Assembly: GCF_965222475.1 (NCBI RefSeq)
Contig: NZ_CBDCUB010000006.1
Span: 129,893 to 193,892, forward strand
Length of the DNA: 64,000 nt
DNA from: Candidatus Palauibacter sp.
GTDB lineage: Bacteria; Gemmatimonadota; Gemmatimonadetes; Palauibacterales; Palauibacteraceae
Reading direction: 5' to 3'
Part shown: piece after piece, positions 30,235 through 40,873 of the stretch
Layout: each line of letters starts with the position of its first letter
Position numbering within the stretch: position 1 is the stretch's first letter
Notes under the pieces: model-generated
The model's database searches: none
What the model saw: only the letters and a program-made list of their open reading frames with translations
Told to the model about the DNA's origin: nothing
Translations under genes and position numbers: made by a program

Positions 30235-30268
30235 GCCGCCGACCGCCGCGCACCGCCGCCATCCGGTC

Positions 30269-31426
30269 GTGACCGTCGGCCGCCGCGGCTTCGTGATCCG
30301 GACCGGGGCCGGGGCCGCCGGCCTCACCATGGGGCTCTCGGGGTGCGAACCCGGCGCAGGCGGAAGCGCACGGAGCCCGGCGCAGGACGATCGGCCTGCC
30401 GACCCGGACGCGCTCGCGGCCGTCTACCGCGACAACATCTACACCCGGCTCCTCGGCGTCCGCCCCCACCTGCCGGCCCACGAGCACGTATCCCGTCTGG
30501 GCGGCGGGCGCATGGACCCCGAAGTCATCGCGGCGATGGCCGAGGCCAACGCCTTCTTCGTCGACATGCATGAGCTGATGGCCGCTGCCGGGGCCCGGAT
30601 CGCCGAACTCGTGGGGGCCGAGGCGGCGCTCGTCACCGGCGGCGGGTTCTCGGCCATGGTACTGGGGGCGGCCGGCTGTCTGACGCGCACCGACCCCGAG
30701 CGGGTCCACGCCCTTCCCCTCCCCACCTGGCCGCGGCGCGAGTGTCTCATCCAGACGCCTCACCGGTTCGGATACGACCGGGCTTATCGCGACGCGGGGA
30801 TGACGATCGTCGAGGCCGGGACCCGCGAGGAGTTCCGGGCGCAGGTCTCGGAGCGCACCGCGATGATCGCCGCCCTCGCGACGGCCGAGCGGCAGACCAT
30901 GTTCGCGCCGCCGGCTCCCGTCGACTGGGCCCCGGCCCCGGGGCCCGAAGTGATGACCGTGCGCGAACAGATCGAGATCGGACGCTCCTCGGGCGTACCG
31001 GTGCTCGTCGACATGGCGTCGGATCTTCCCACCGGCGTCGACCTGCGCGAGTTCGTCGATGCCGGTGCGGACCTCATCGTGATCAGCGGCGGCAAGGGGA
31101 TCGGCGGGCCGCAGTCGTCCGGCATCCTCGCCGGCCGCGCCGATCTCATCGAGATGGCCCGCCACATCGCCTCCCGGCTGGCCGATGTCCCCGGGCTCAC
31201 GGCCGAGGTCGTGACGAACACGGCGGGCTACGAGGACGTCGAGTTGACCTGGGACCCCGAGATCATCCCCCTCACGATCGACGAGGCCAAGGCCGGACTC
31301 ATGGCCGGAGAACCCCGCCTCGCCTACCTTATGACGGTGCGCACCCGCCTCCTCCGCGAGGGCGAGGACGCACTCGTCGTCCGCAGTCTGCGAGACCTCT
31401 TCGCGCGCGCAGGGACGGCCCGCTAG
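30269..31426 (+). CDS. SelA/DgaE-like PLP-dependent enzyme with Tat-lipoprotein signal; apparent in-frame internal deletion
   Basis: GRRGF twin-Arg, LSGC; GAEAALVT, SGGKGIGGPQSSG (PLP Lys); GRGMKV-type segment absent. Confidence 0.75.
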   Translation: MTVGRRGFVIRTGAGAAGLTMGLSGCEPGAGGSARSPAQDDRPADPDALAAVYRDNIYTRLLGVRPHLPAHEHVSRLGGGRMDPEVIAAMAEANAFFVDMHELMAAAGARIAELVGAEAALVTGGGFSAMVLGAAGCLTRTDPERVHALPLPTWPRRECLIQTPHRFGYDRAYRDAGMTIVEAGTREEFRAQVSERTAMIAALATAERQTMFAPPAPVDWAPAPGPEVMTVREQIEIGRSSGVPVLVDMASDLPTGVDLREFVDAGADLIVISGGKGIGGPQSSGILAGRADLIEMARHIASRLADVPGLTAEVVTNTAGYEDVELTWDPEIIPLTIDEAKAGLMAGEPRLAYLMTVRTRLLREGEDALVVRSLRDLFARAGTAR

Positions 31427-31623
31427 CAGTCCCTGCGCTCGGTCACCGCAGCGTACCGTCGCCATTTACGATCCATCCCGGTGTTCGCCCCCGTCACGGA
31501 ACCAATTCCGCGAGCGTCCAGTATCTCCGCTGAGACGTCTCAGCAGCGACACAACGACAGCGGGAAAGACCCCAAGTCATGATCCACAACAAAATCATGA
31601 TTCCAGGACACCGGAGAATTTCA

Positions 31624-34600
31624 ATGAAAGCCGGGGTCGAGAATGCAATTCGCCTCCAGAAGGTTCATAGATCACGAGCAGGCAACACACCTTTCTTCTT
31701 CAACGACTTGCGCTGCAGCCGCTCCTGATCGCATTGCCGATCATCGTCGGCCCGCCCCTACAGGCCCAGACGCCACCCGCAACCACTGAGGAAACCGCAC
31801 TACAGGGGAGTGCCGGGCGGGTGGCTGCGGATCGGGTCACGCCGCGGGCACTCCACCCGACCGAACGAGCCCATCGAAGGGCAGACCCGCGGATCACCCT
31901 CCAGGTCGTCCGCGATACGATCTTTGCGGGTCTGGAACCGCTCACCGTGCTGCTGAAACGCCCGATACCGGGGACCCGGCTCGCGGTGACGGTGAGGCTG
32001 GAGCAGGAGGAGGGATGGCTCGCCGACAGGTCGCGCGAAGTCACCTTCAGCCATGGCGACAGCATCGCGGTCCTCGAGATCCCCGCCAGTGACTTCAACG
32101 AGCGCGTCACCCGGAGCGGTGATCTCAGGGTGTGGTTGGATGCCGTGAGCTGCTACGACACGTCGCGCGCCAGGGCGACGGTATTCGTCGTCTCGTCGGA
32201 AGGCCCGGTGGTGACCTACTCCCTCTCCCGGCCTTCCTACACGTTCATGGAAGACGTGGGGCGCGGGCGCGCGCAACTGGTCGCGCGGATGGCGTCCGGC
32301 ATGCCCTGCGGGGTGACGGTCGGCGCCTCTATCGGCACCAGGGGAACGATGTCTCCAGCGGCGGCTTCACCGCGACCCCGGGCGAGGACTATGAGCGGGT
32401 CGGGGGGACGGTACTCATGGTGGCGGGGAAGTACGAACTCGAAGACGGTCGGTGGGTGGGCCGCACCAGCGTGATCGTCCCGCTCCTGGACGACGATGTC
32501 CGGGAAGGCACCGAGAGCTTCGAGCTGAACCTGCGACGGCCTGCCCACCGATCCGGCAAGGCCCGGCTCCAGAACCCCGGCGGAAGCGGGTGCGGGGACC
32601 GCTGCCGACACCTCATTCACATCGGCGACGCCGAGGACAGCCCCGCGCTGGATCTGTCGGTGAGTCCGAATGAGATCATGGAACAGGGCGAGACGTCTGC
32701 TACCGCGACGGTGTCGATCACCGACAGCAAGTCCTTCGCGGCCGATCAGTTACACGGTCACGAACGGCGATCTGGCCTCGGTGCGATTGGCTGGCTGCCA
32801 GCCCTCGCGCACCGTGGCTCTGCTCCTGCAGGCCCTCGCGGATGCCGAGTTGGAAGACGCCGAAGAGGTGATGTTCAGCCCGAGTCCGGTGGATACGCGC
32901 AGCGTGGAGCCGGATCCGGGGCTGCACCAGGCGGGGTCGCTCCGCAGGATGCGGCCGTGGTCATGGTCGCGCGGACCGAATCCGGCGCTCCCGGCGGGAC
33001 GCCGCTCACCTTCTCGGTGAGTTCCCGGAGCGGAACCGCGGCATCGAGCCGGGACTTCAGGCCGGTAAGCGAGGTGCTGACCCTGCGGGAGCAGGGCTAC
33101 GCACTGGAGGAACGGCGCCTGGGTGGCGCGACATCGTCTGCCGCTGACGCTGCTCGACGACGAGGTATGTGAAGGCACCGAGAGCCTCGACCTGATCCTC
33201 GAACACGCCCCCGGCCGGTCGACGGAATTCCGGCTTTCGAGCTTCGATGGATCCGAGTGCCCGGATCCGTGCGCACACCCCGTCTAATGCAGACGGCATC
33301 GGGGAGAACGGGGAGACGTCAACGACCGTGACGGTGTCGATCACCAACGGCAAGACCTTCGCGGCCGACCAGGTCCTCACCATCCACTTCGGAGGCACGG
33401 CGACCGAGGAATCGACTACGTGGTGACGCCGGCCGACGGCGACAGCGCGACCCCGGGTCATCAGGTGATCCTGCCGGCAGGCTCCACCTCGGTCGTAGTG
33501 ACGATCACGGCGGTCGACGACGGGATCGAGGATCCCGGCGAGGAACTCAGCATCTCGGTGGATGTCGGCGGCAAGGCGATCGACGGCGGCAGTATCCGGA
33601 TCAACAACCGACCCCTGGGTCCGACGGTGGAGATCACCTTCGAAGGAGTGCAGCCACCTCTCGATCAACAGGTCGCAGGGACCGCGAATGGTCCGTTCAC
33701 GACGCGCTTCACCTTCAGCGAGCCGGTCCGGGGCTTTGCCGAAGAGGACATCGTGTGGCAGACCCATGCGGGCACGACCGTGGATTCCACGAATGTCGGG
33801 GTATTTCCGTGGGACTACACGGAGGTTCGGGCCGGTGTGGAGTACACGGTCGAGATGATGCCGACCCAGGCCGGACGCTTGTACATCGTCGTCCAGCCGG
33901 GAGCGGCGACATCGGTGGCCAATGGGTACGACAACCAATGGGGCGCGAGCAGTCTGCGGGTCGAACTGCCGGAAGACCGGATGCTGGTGGCGCCCGCGGC
34001 GCTGACGGTGAGTGAAGGAGACGGGGACGGTGCCGCCTTCGTGGTCGTGCTGACCAGCGAGCCGTCGGGCACGGTGACGGTGACGGTCACCGGCATGGAC
34101 GGTACGAGCGTCCAGGCCAGCCGGCCTACCGTCTCGTTCAGCCCCGCGTCCTGGACGTCGGGGAGGGGAGTGACGGTGGAGGCGCGGAACGACGCGAACG
34201 CGTCGGACGAGCGCGTGCCGCTCCGGGTAGAGGCGTCGGGGGGCGGCTATGACGGGCAGAGCGTGGATGTTGTGGTCAACGTCAGTGACGACGACCCGGC
34301 CGCTTCACCGGACGCTCCGGAGAACGAGTCACCCGGCCTGTTGAGTGACGTGACCCCGGAGTCAGCGGCCGCGGCGTTGCTTGGCGAACTGGACCTGAGC
34401 AGAGGGCAGTTGGACGCGTTGGACCGGCTTGGCAACGACAACGGCCGCTACGACCTCGGCGACATGCTCTCCTGGGCCGTCCGCTGCCGGCGAGCCGAGC
34501 GGTCCAACCGTCCGAGGAGACGGCGGTCTCGCTGCTATCCCCGTGGCCATCGACCGGACGGGCGTGGCCGAAGGTGCAGAAGCCCGACTCGGACCGCACT

Positions 34601-34985
34601 CGCGTTCCTCGCGGTGGTCACCCTTTCGTGGGGCTGCGATCAGGGGCGCGGCCTCGTCGAGCCCTCCGCCGGGGAGCCGGAGCCCGGTTTCCTCGGGGTC
34701 GAGTTGGCGGCACCGGCCGGCGCCCTCCTCAGCGGCGCATGGCTGGCCGTCGAAGGCCCGGACATCGGGGAACTCCGCACACCCGGGCTCGAGTTGTTCG
34801 AAGCCGGGGATGGGAGCCGGAAGGAGGTCATCGTGGCGGGAGCGCTATCACCGGGGCGCATCCTGGAGTTCCGCGTCCCCGATCGGCGACCCGGTTCACG
34901 GTACCGGGTCCGCTCGATCGAGGTCACGGGAGAGGACTTCACGCCGAGAGACCTGTCGGTCTACTCGGCCCGGATCTCACGGTAG
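31624..34985 (+). pseudogene. Fragmented large secreted protein with Calx-beta-like/Ig-like domains
   Basis: Consecutive fragments in different frames (31734, 32132, 32670, 33420) with duplicated LLDDDVREGTESFEL and TATVSIT..K.FAADQ units; C-terminal ~520 aa open. Confidence 0.7.
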
Positions 34986-35038
34986 GCCCGCAGTATCCAG
35001 TTGTCCCCGGCGCGCACGAGGCCTGCGCGCCGGGGCAC

Positions 35039-35485
35039 CTACTCCTTCGTTGATTGCGGGATAAGTTCGGCCGTTCCCTCCAGGCCATCCGGAATCAGTT
35101 CCGAAACGCCGCGGTCGAACGTGGCGAGGCGCCCTTGCCTGCGGATCGCGAGCGCCAGCAGGTGGGCATCCGTCACCTGGCGATATCCGACGACGCGCCC
35201 GAACGGCGTTGCGTCGCCCGTACCCGGCGACACGTCGTCCGTCCAGAACACGTGTCCCGGCAGCGCTCGCATGCGCCGCAACAAGGCGATGGCTTCGGAG
35301 GGAGTGCGCGCGTCGGGGATGGCCCGCGGGTTGCTCGAGACGCGGACGAAACCGGTTTCCGTGACCGGGCACGTCGCCCACCCGTGGCGCTGAATCGCCC
35401 GGAACCACGCGTGCGCGCGACGGTGATGGATGTGGTTCGGCCACGCGAGGGCGACGAGGACGTTGACGTCCAGGAGCCGGATCAG
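35039..35485 (-). CDS. vapC: VapC PIN-domain toxin (TIGR00028-like), apparent CTG start
   Basis: IRLLDVNVLVAL..PNHIHH, CPVTETGFVR, QVTDAHLLALA, LATFD; CTGA overlap with antitoxin stop. Confidence 0.85.
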   Translation of the reverse strand: MIRLLDVNVLVALAWPNHIHHRRAHAWFRAIQRHGWATCPVTETGFVRVSSNPRAIPDARTPSEAIALLRRMRALPGHVFWTDDVSPGTGDATPFGRVVGYRQVTDAHLLALAIRRQGRLATFDRGVSELIPDGLEGTAELIPQSTKE

Positions 35486-35709
35486 GTCTCCTCCAGGGCG
35501 TCGGCGACCATCTCGGGCGTGATCGGGGGCGCATCTTCGCGAACCTCGAAGAGGGGGAAGCCGTCGACCTGAGCGGAGCCGTGCTTCTCGGGGCGCAGAG
35601 CGGACCGCACCAGCGTGGAGACGACCGAACCCATGCTCGCGCGGCGCTCGCGCGCGATGCTCTTCACGGCCCGATGAACATCGGAGTCAAGATTGAGTGT
35701 GGTTCTCAT
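35482..35709 (-). CDS. vapB: VapB-type RHH antitoxin
   Basis: MRTTLNLDSDV...SMGSVVSTLVR; tandem CGCACCAT repeats 35723-35738 upstream. Confidence 0.88.
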   Translation of the reverse strand: MRTTLNLDSDVHRAVKSIARERRASMGSVVSTLVRSALRPEKHGSAQVDGFPLFEVREDAPPITPEMVADALEET

Positions 35710-35795
35710 GTCCAGATATGGTCGCACCATCGCACCATGCCGTCAACGCGTCACGCCGGGCGTGGAGACGGCCTCCGCGCGACTGCCTCCGTTCG

Positions 35796-35818
35796 TTGAC
35801 ATGATTGCATTGCAATCA
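35796..35818 (+). promoter_or_regulatory. FitAB-like promoter/operator
   Basis: TTGACA 35796-35801 followed by perfect palindrome TGATTGCA-T-TGCAATCA. Confidence 0.7.
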
Positions 35819-35871
35819 CAGGTTGCGTGTCCGTCCCGGCAGATCAGCCGGGGACCGGCGGGGGGAGAGCC

Positions 35872-36126
35872 ATGGCCAGCATCACGATTCGTAACCTGGA
35901 CGACGAAGTAAAAACCCGGCTTCGCATTCGTGCGGCGAGCAACGGTCGCTCGATGGAGGAGGAGGCACGCACCATACTGCGCGCGGCGGTCGAAGAGCGG
36001 GCCGAACCTCGAAACCTGGCGCGGGCCATCCGCGCTCGCTTCGAGCCCCTCGGCGGTGTCGAACTCGAACTTCCGGTGCGGGAACCCGTGCGCGAGCCAC
36101 CCATCTTCGACGGGGCGTCATCCTGA
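35872..36126 (+). CDS. FitA/StbC-like RHH antitoxin
   Basis: MASITIRNLDDEVKTRLRIRAASNGRSMEEEAR. Confidence 0.92.
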   Translation: MASITIRNLDDEVKTRLRIRAASNGRSMEEEARTILRAAVEERAEPRNLARAIRARFEPLGGVELELPVREPVREPPIFDGASS

Positions 36127-36545
36127 TGTTCGTTCTCGATACGAACGTCGTGTCCGAACTGATGCGGCCGGTGCCTCGTCCGGCCGTGGAGGCCTGGGTA
36201 GGAGGATGTCCGGCCACCAGCCTATTCTTCACGGCGGTTGGTGAGTCGGAACTCTGGTTCGGGGTCGAGATCATGCCGCGGGGAGTGCGCAGGGATGCGC
36301 TCGCCACCGCTATCGAACATGTGCTGAGGGAAGATTTCGCCAGCCGCATCCTGCCTTTCGACAGCAGGGCGGCGCGTCACTACGCAACGATCGCCGCCAC
36401 GCGGCGCGCGGCCGGCCGGCCCATTTCGCAGGCCGATTGTCAGATGGCGGCAATTGCCGGTTCTCGTGGCTCCACGATCGTCACGAGGAACGTCCGCGAC
36501 TTCGAGGGTCTCGGCATTGCACTCGTCAACCCCTGGGAGCGTTGA
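36126..36545 (+). CDS. vapC: FitB/VapC PIN-domain toxin
   Basis: VLDTNVVSELMR, ILPFD, ADCQMAAIA, TRNVRDF, NPW. Confidence 0.93.
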   Translation: MFVLDTNVVSELMRPVPRPAVEAWVGGCPATSLFFTAVGESELWFGVEIMPRGVRRDALATAIEHVLREDFASRILPFDSRAARHYATIAATRRAAGRPISQADCQMAAIAGSRGSTIVTRNVRDFEGLGIALVNPWER

Positions 36546-36703
36546 TCCCGGACCCGTCACGCGGCACCCCCGACCTGTGATTGTCGGGACGCCCATCATC
36601 GATCTACGTTGGCGCTCCCGCGGGTCCTGACCGGCGCCCCGTCCGGTCGACCCCGTATAGCCACAGCCGATTCAGGTGTCGCCGGAACAGGAGCCAAAGC
36701 CCC

Positions 36704-39700
36704 ATGCGCAAGCAGGATGTCCTCACGCTCGCCACGCTGACCCCGCTCGTTGCCGTCTCACTGGTTCTTGCCGCGTCGACTCCGGCGCTCGCCGCGCAGG
36801 AGGCCGTGGTCTTCGACTCCGCCGACGTGGCGGGCCTCAGTTTCCGTTCCATCGGCCCGCCGCGGGGCGGGCGCAGCACCGCCGTGGCCGGGATCACGGA
36901 GCAGCCGCTCACCTACTTCATGGGCGGGACCGGCAGCGGGGTGTGGCGCACGGATGACGCCGGCCTCAACTGGCGCAACATCTCCGACGGCTACATGGAG
37001 ACCGGCTCCATCGGTGCGATCGACGTGGCGGACGGCGATCCCAACGTGATCTACGTGGGCACGGGCTCGGCGTGCATCCGCGGTAACGTGTCGAAGGGGA
37101 TCGGCGTCTACCGCAGCACCGACGGCGGCGACTCCTGGACGCACGTCGGACTGCCCAACGCGGGCCAGATCGGCCGCATCGAGGTCCACCCTCGGGACCC
37201 GGACATCGCCTTCGTGGCGGCGATGGGCGATCCATTCGGATTCAACCCCGAGCGCGGCGTCTTCCGCACGACGGACGGCGGAGAGACGTGGGACCACGTC
37301 CTCGCGATCTCCGACTCCACGGGCGTCGTCGACCTGGCGATGAACCCGGGGAATCCGCGCATCATCTTCGCCGCCGCATGGCGGGGCGAGCGCAAGCCGT
37401 GGACCGCGATCTCGGGCTCCGAGGAGTCCGGCATCTTCCGTTCGACCGATGGCGGAGACACGTGGGACCGGCTCGAGGGCGGTCTCCCCACGGGCCTCGT
37501 CGGAAAGGCCGCGATCACCGTTTCGCGCGCCAACCCCGACCGCGTGTGGGTCCTCATCGAGGCGCCCAACGACCGCGGCGGCGTGTACCGTTCCGATGAC
37601 GGCGGCGACAGCTGGCGGCGGGTGAACGACGACCGCGGGCTCCAGCAGCGGGCGTGGTACTACACGCACATCTACGCGGACCCGGTGGACGAAAACACCG
37701 TCTACGCTCTCAACGTCGGCTACAACAAGTCCATCGACGGGGGCGTGACGTGGCAGAGCTACGGCGTCCCGCACGGGGACGTGCACGACCTGTGGATCAA
37801 CTACGAGAACCCCGACTTCCAGGTGGTGGCGAACGACGGCGGCGGGCAGGTGACGACGACCGGCGCCGAGAGCTGGTCCACGTACTACAACCAGAACACG
37901 GCCGAGATGTACCGGGTGTTCGTCGACGACCAGTTCCCCTACCGGGTGTACGGCTCGCAGCAGGACAACTCCACGATCATGGTGCCGAGCCGGGGGATGC
38001 CGGCGGTGCAGCCGGCGCAGCACTGGTCCGCGGTCGGGGGCTGTGAGAGCGGCCACATCGCGATCGACCCGCGCAACCCGAACGTCACCTACGCGGGCTG
38101 CTACGGCGGCAGCATCAACCGGGTCGACCGCGAGACGGGCGACGTGCGGCAGATGCTCCTCTATCCGCAGCTGCAGCTGGGGCACGCGGCGAAGATGATG
38201 CGGCACCGCTTCCAGTGGAACGCCCCGATTCGTCTGTCCCCCCACGATCCCGATGTCGTCTATCACGCCTCGCAGTTCGTGAACCGGACGCGTGACGCGG
38301 GATATTCCTGGGAGACGATCAGTCCCGACCTCACTCGCAACGACACGACGAAGCAGGATTTCGCCGGCGGCCGCATCACGTGGGACAACACCGGGGTCGA
38401 GGTGTACGGGACGATCTTCGCCTTCGAGGAGTCGCCGCACGAGGCGGGCGTCCTGTGGGCGGGTTCGGACGACGGCCTCATCCATGTCTCGCGAGACGAC
38501 GGCGCGAACTGGGCCGACGTCACGCCCGGCGACCTGCCGGAGTTCTCGACCGTCAACATGATCGACCTCTCGGCGCACGGCCCGGGACGGGCGCACGTCG
38601 CCGTGTACCGCTACCGGATGGCGGACGACACTCCGTACATGTGGCGCACCGACGACTACGGCGAGAGCTGGACCCGTCTGTCGACGAACGGCATCGAGCC
38701 GGGCCACTTCGTGCGCGTCGTGCGCGAGGATCCGGAGCGGGAGGGCCTCCTCTACGCGGGGACCGAGTACGGGCTCTACCTGAGCTTCGACGCCGGCGAC
38801 AGCTGGCAGCGCTTCCAGCAGAACCTGCCCATCACGCCGATCACCGACATGCGCGTGCACGAAGGGGATCTGGTCGTGGCGACGCAGGGCCGCTCCTTCT
38901 GGATCCTGGACGACGTGTCGCCGCTCCGGACCATGTCCGCGGCCTCGCTCGCCGCCGACGTGCATCTCTATGCGCCGGGCGACGCGGTGCGCGCGCAGGG
39001 CGTATTCCCCAACGGCGCGGTGATCCACTTCGCACTGGGAGATGGATTCGGGGACGGGATGGAGGAGACCGTCAACGTCGAGATCGCGGGCGGCGGTGGC
39101 GATGTCGTCCGCGTCTACTCCTCGAACCCCGGCTCGTGGGACGACGAGGCGAAGGCGGCGGTCGGCCGCTCCTCCAGCTGGTCGCCCGACCGTCTGCAGA
39201 CGAGCGCGGGGCTGAACCGCGCGGTGTGGAACCTGCAGGGAGAAGGGCCCGACCTCGTGCAGGGCGCCCGGATCTGGGGCTTCACGGGCCGGGTCCCCGC
39301 TGTGCCGGGAAGCTACGAAGTGCGGCTGTCGGCGGGTGACGCGACGCAAACCCAGCCGCTCGCGGTCCACATCGACCCGCGGGTGGTGGACCAGGTCACG
39401 GTCGCCGACCTGCAGGCGCAGCACGACCTCATGGTTCGCGTGCGTGGCCTCCTCCAGCAGTCCCACGACGCGGTGCGCGACGCGCGCTCCATCCGGTCGC
39501 AGATGAGCGACATCGCCCAGTCGGTGGAGGAAGCCGGCTACGGCGACGATTTCACCGAGATGGCCGACGAGACGGGCGAGAAACTCACGGACGTCGAAGA
39601 GGAACTCTTCCAGACGCAGAACCGGGCGGGGCAGGATCCGCTCAACTTCCCGCCCATGCTCGACAACGAGATCGCGAACCTGTACGGCTACATCTCGTCG

Positions 39701-39883
39701 ACCTACGACCGTCCCAATCAGGTGGCGGGCACCCGCGCCGACGAACTCGAGGCCGAACTCGGGGAGTGGCTGGGGACGCTCCAGCAGATCATCGACACGG
39801 ACGTGGCCGCGTTCAACAACCGGCTGCGCGAGGCCGGCGTCCCCGGCGTCATCGTGCGCACCCCGCCGCGCGCCACCAGTTGA
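36704..39883 (+). CDS. Secreted VPS10/sortilin-like BNR-repeat glycosyl hydrolase
   Basis: Signal peptide; FRSIGPPRGGR; many SxDGGxTW Asp-box repeats. Confidence 0.9.
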   Translation: MRKQDVLTLATLTPLVAVSLVLAASTPALAAQEAVVFDSADVAGLSFRSIGPPRGGRSTAVAGITEQPLTYFMGGTGSGVWRTDDAGLNWRNISDGYMETGSIGAIDVADGDPNVIYVGTGSACIRGNVSKGIGVYRSTDGGDSWTHVGLPNAGQIGRIEVHPRDPDIAFVAAMGDPFGFNPERGVFRTTDGGETWDHVLAISDSTGVVDLAMNPGNPRIIFAAAWRGERKPWTAISGSEESGIFRSTDGGDTWDRLEGGLPTGLVGKAAITVSRANPDRVWVLIEAPNDRGGVYRSDDGGDSWRRVNDDRGLQQRAWYYTHIYADPVDENTVYALNVGYNKSIDGGVTWQSYGVPHGDVHDLWINYENPDFQVVANDGGGQVTTTGAESWSTYYNQNTAEMYRVFVDDQFPYRVYGSQQDNSTIMVPSRGMPAVQPAQHWSAVGGCESGHIAIDPRNPNVTYAGCYGGSINRVDRETGDVRQMLLYPQLQLGHAAKMMRHRFQWNAPIRLSPHDPDVVYHASQFVNRTRDAGYSWETISPDLTRNDTTKQDFAGGRITWDNTGVEVYGTIFAFEESPHEAGVLWAGSDDGLIHVSRDDGANWADVTPGDLPEFSTVNMIDLSAHGPGRAHVAVYRYRMADDTPYMWRTDDYGESWTRLSTNGIEPGHFVRVVREDPEREGLLYAGTEYGLYLSFDAGDSWQRFQQNLPITPITDMRVHEGDLVVATQGRSFWILDDVSPLRTMSAASLAADVHLYAPGDAVRAQGVFPNGAVIHFALGDGFGDGMEETVNVEIAGGGGDVVRVYSSNPGSWDDEAKAAVGRSSSWSPDRLQTSAGLNRAVWNLQGEGPDLVQGARIWGFTGRVPAVPGSYEVRLSAGDATQTQPLAVHIDPRVVDQVTVADLQAQHDLMVRVRGLLQQSHDAVRDARSIRSQMSDIAQSVEEAGYGDDFTEMADETGEKLTDVEEELFQTQNRAGQDPLNFPPMLDNEIANLYGYISSTYDRPNQVAGTRADELEAELGEWLGTLQQIIDTDVAAFNNRLREAGVPGVIVRTPPRATS

Positions 39884-39898
39884 CGGGCGCAGCGTGCG

Positions 39899-40858
39899 GT
39901 GAGCGACCCCGAGGTCTCGATCGACGCGCTCGCCCGACGTTGCTTCGAGCGCAGCGCGGAGGCCGCGGAGGAGCGGCTCGACAAAGAAGCCGCCAGTTCC
40001 GGGACGTCCGCCGGGGATTTCAAGGCGGTCGGATGCATGGTTGCACTCGTGATCGTCGGCGCCTGCGTCGCCGGCGTCTCTGCGGGGCCCGGCGGGTTTC
40101 TCGCGGTCATCGTGCCGGCCGCGGTGATCTGGCTGCTGGCCGATATTTCCAAGCACGCCCCCACCAGGCGGAGACGCTCGGAGATCCGGAAGACGGTGGC
40201 GCATGGCATCGCCGCCTACCGGAACGGCGAACCCTGGGCCGTGGTGCGCGTGCACGAGTTCGCGGTGGCGGAGTTCCGAGAGCGGATCGCGGAGCACCGC
40301 GCGCGCACGCTCGGGGCCGACTCGGAATGGGGGCGGGCGCGCGCGTCGCTCGCCGAGGCCGCAGACGAGGCGCAGCGTTCTTCCGCGTACTGGCACGAGC
40401 GTCTGCGCGCGGAACCCGGGGGCGAACTCGCGCGTGCGCAGGGCCGCATCGCGAACCGGCTCGAGGCGAAGCTCGGCGAAGCGCTCGGGAAGCTGGACGC
40501 GCGGGCGGCCGCGCTCCGCAAGTTCTACAACGGTTGCGACGCGCGGCTGTCGGTCATGGACCGCTGCAATCGGGACCTCGAGGAGTCGCGGCGCCTCGAG
40601 GAGTTGTCGGGGCGGGCCGACATCGTCATCGCCGAGGCGCAGGGCGTGATGGAGTCGATCGCGCGCGCGTTCGTCGCCGAGGCCCACACGATGGGCGAGG
40701 CGCTCGGGGTTGTCGCGACAGTCGGCATCAAGTCGCTGGCAGGTGAGGCTTCGGTCGACAACATCGAGTACTTTGCCGACCGCATCATCGAGGATTCCGA
40801 CCGGGAGCGCTCCGCGCTCGAGGATCTCGACCGCCGGTCGATCCCGCTGTCGAGCTGA
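39899..40858 (+). CDS. Hypothetical membrane protein (two TM helices plus long helical region)
   Basis: Hydrophobic hairpin at aa ~43-80, then Ala/Glu/Arg-rich helices; operonic spacing. Confidence 0.7.
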   Translation: MSDPEVSIDALARRCFERSAEAAEERLDKEAASSGTSAGDFKAVGCMVALVIVGACVAGVSAGPGGFLAVIVPAAVIWLLADISKHAPTRRRRSEIRKTVAHGIAAYRNGEPWAVVRVHEFAVAEFRERIAEHRARTLGADSEWGRARASLAEAADEAQRSSAYWHERLRAEPGGELARAQGRIANRLEAKLGEALGKLDARAAALRKFYNGCDARLSVMDRCNRDLEESRRLEELSGRADIVIAEAQGVMESIARAFVAEAHTMGEALGVVATVGIKSLAGEASVDNIEYFADRIIEDSDRERSALEDLDRRSIPLSS

Positions 40859-40873
40859 CTGAACGGCCGTTCC

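Noticed and set aside
30269-31426. Selenocysteine synthase selA
   Set aside because: Tat signal and no selB/selC/selD nearby; only SelA-like
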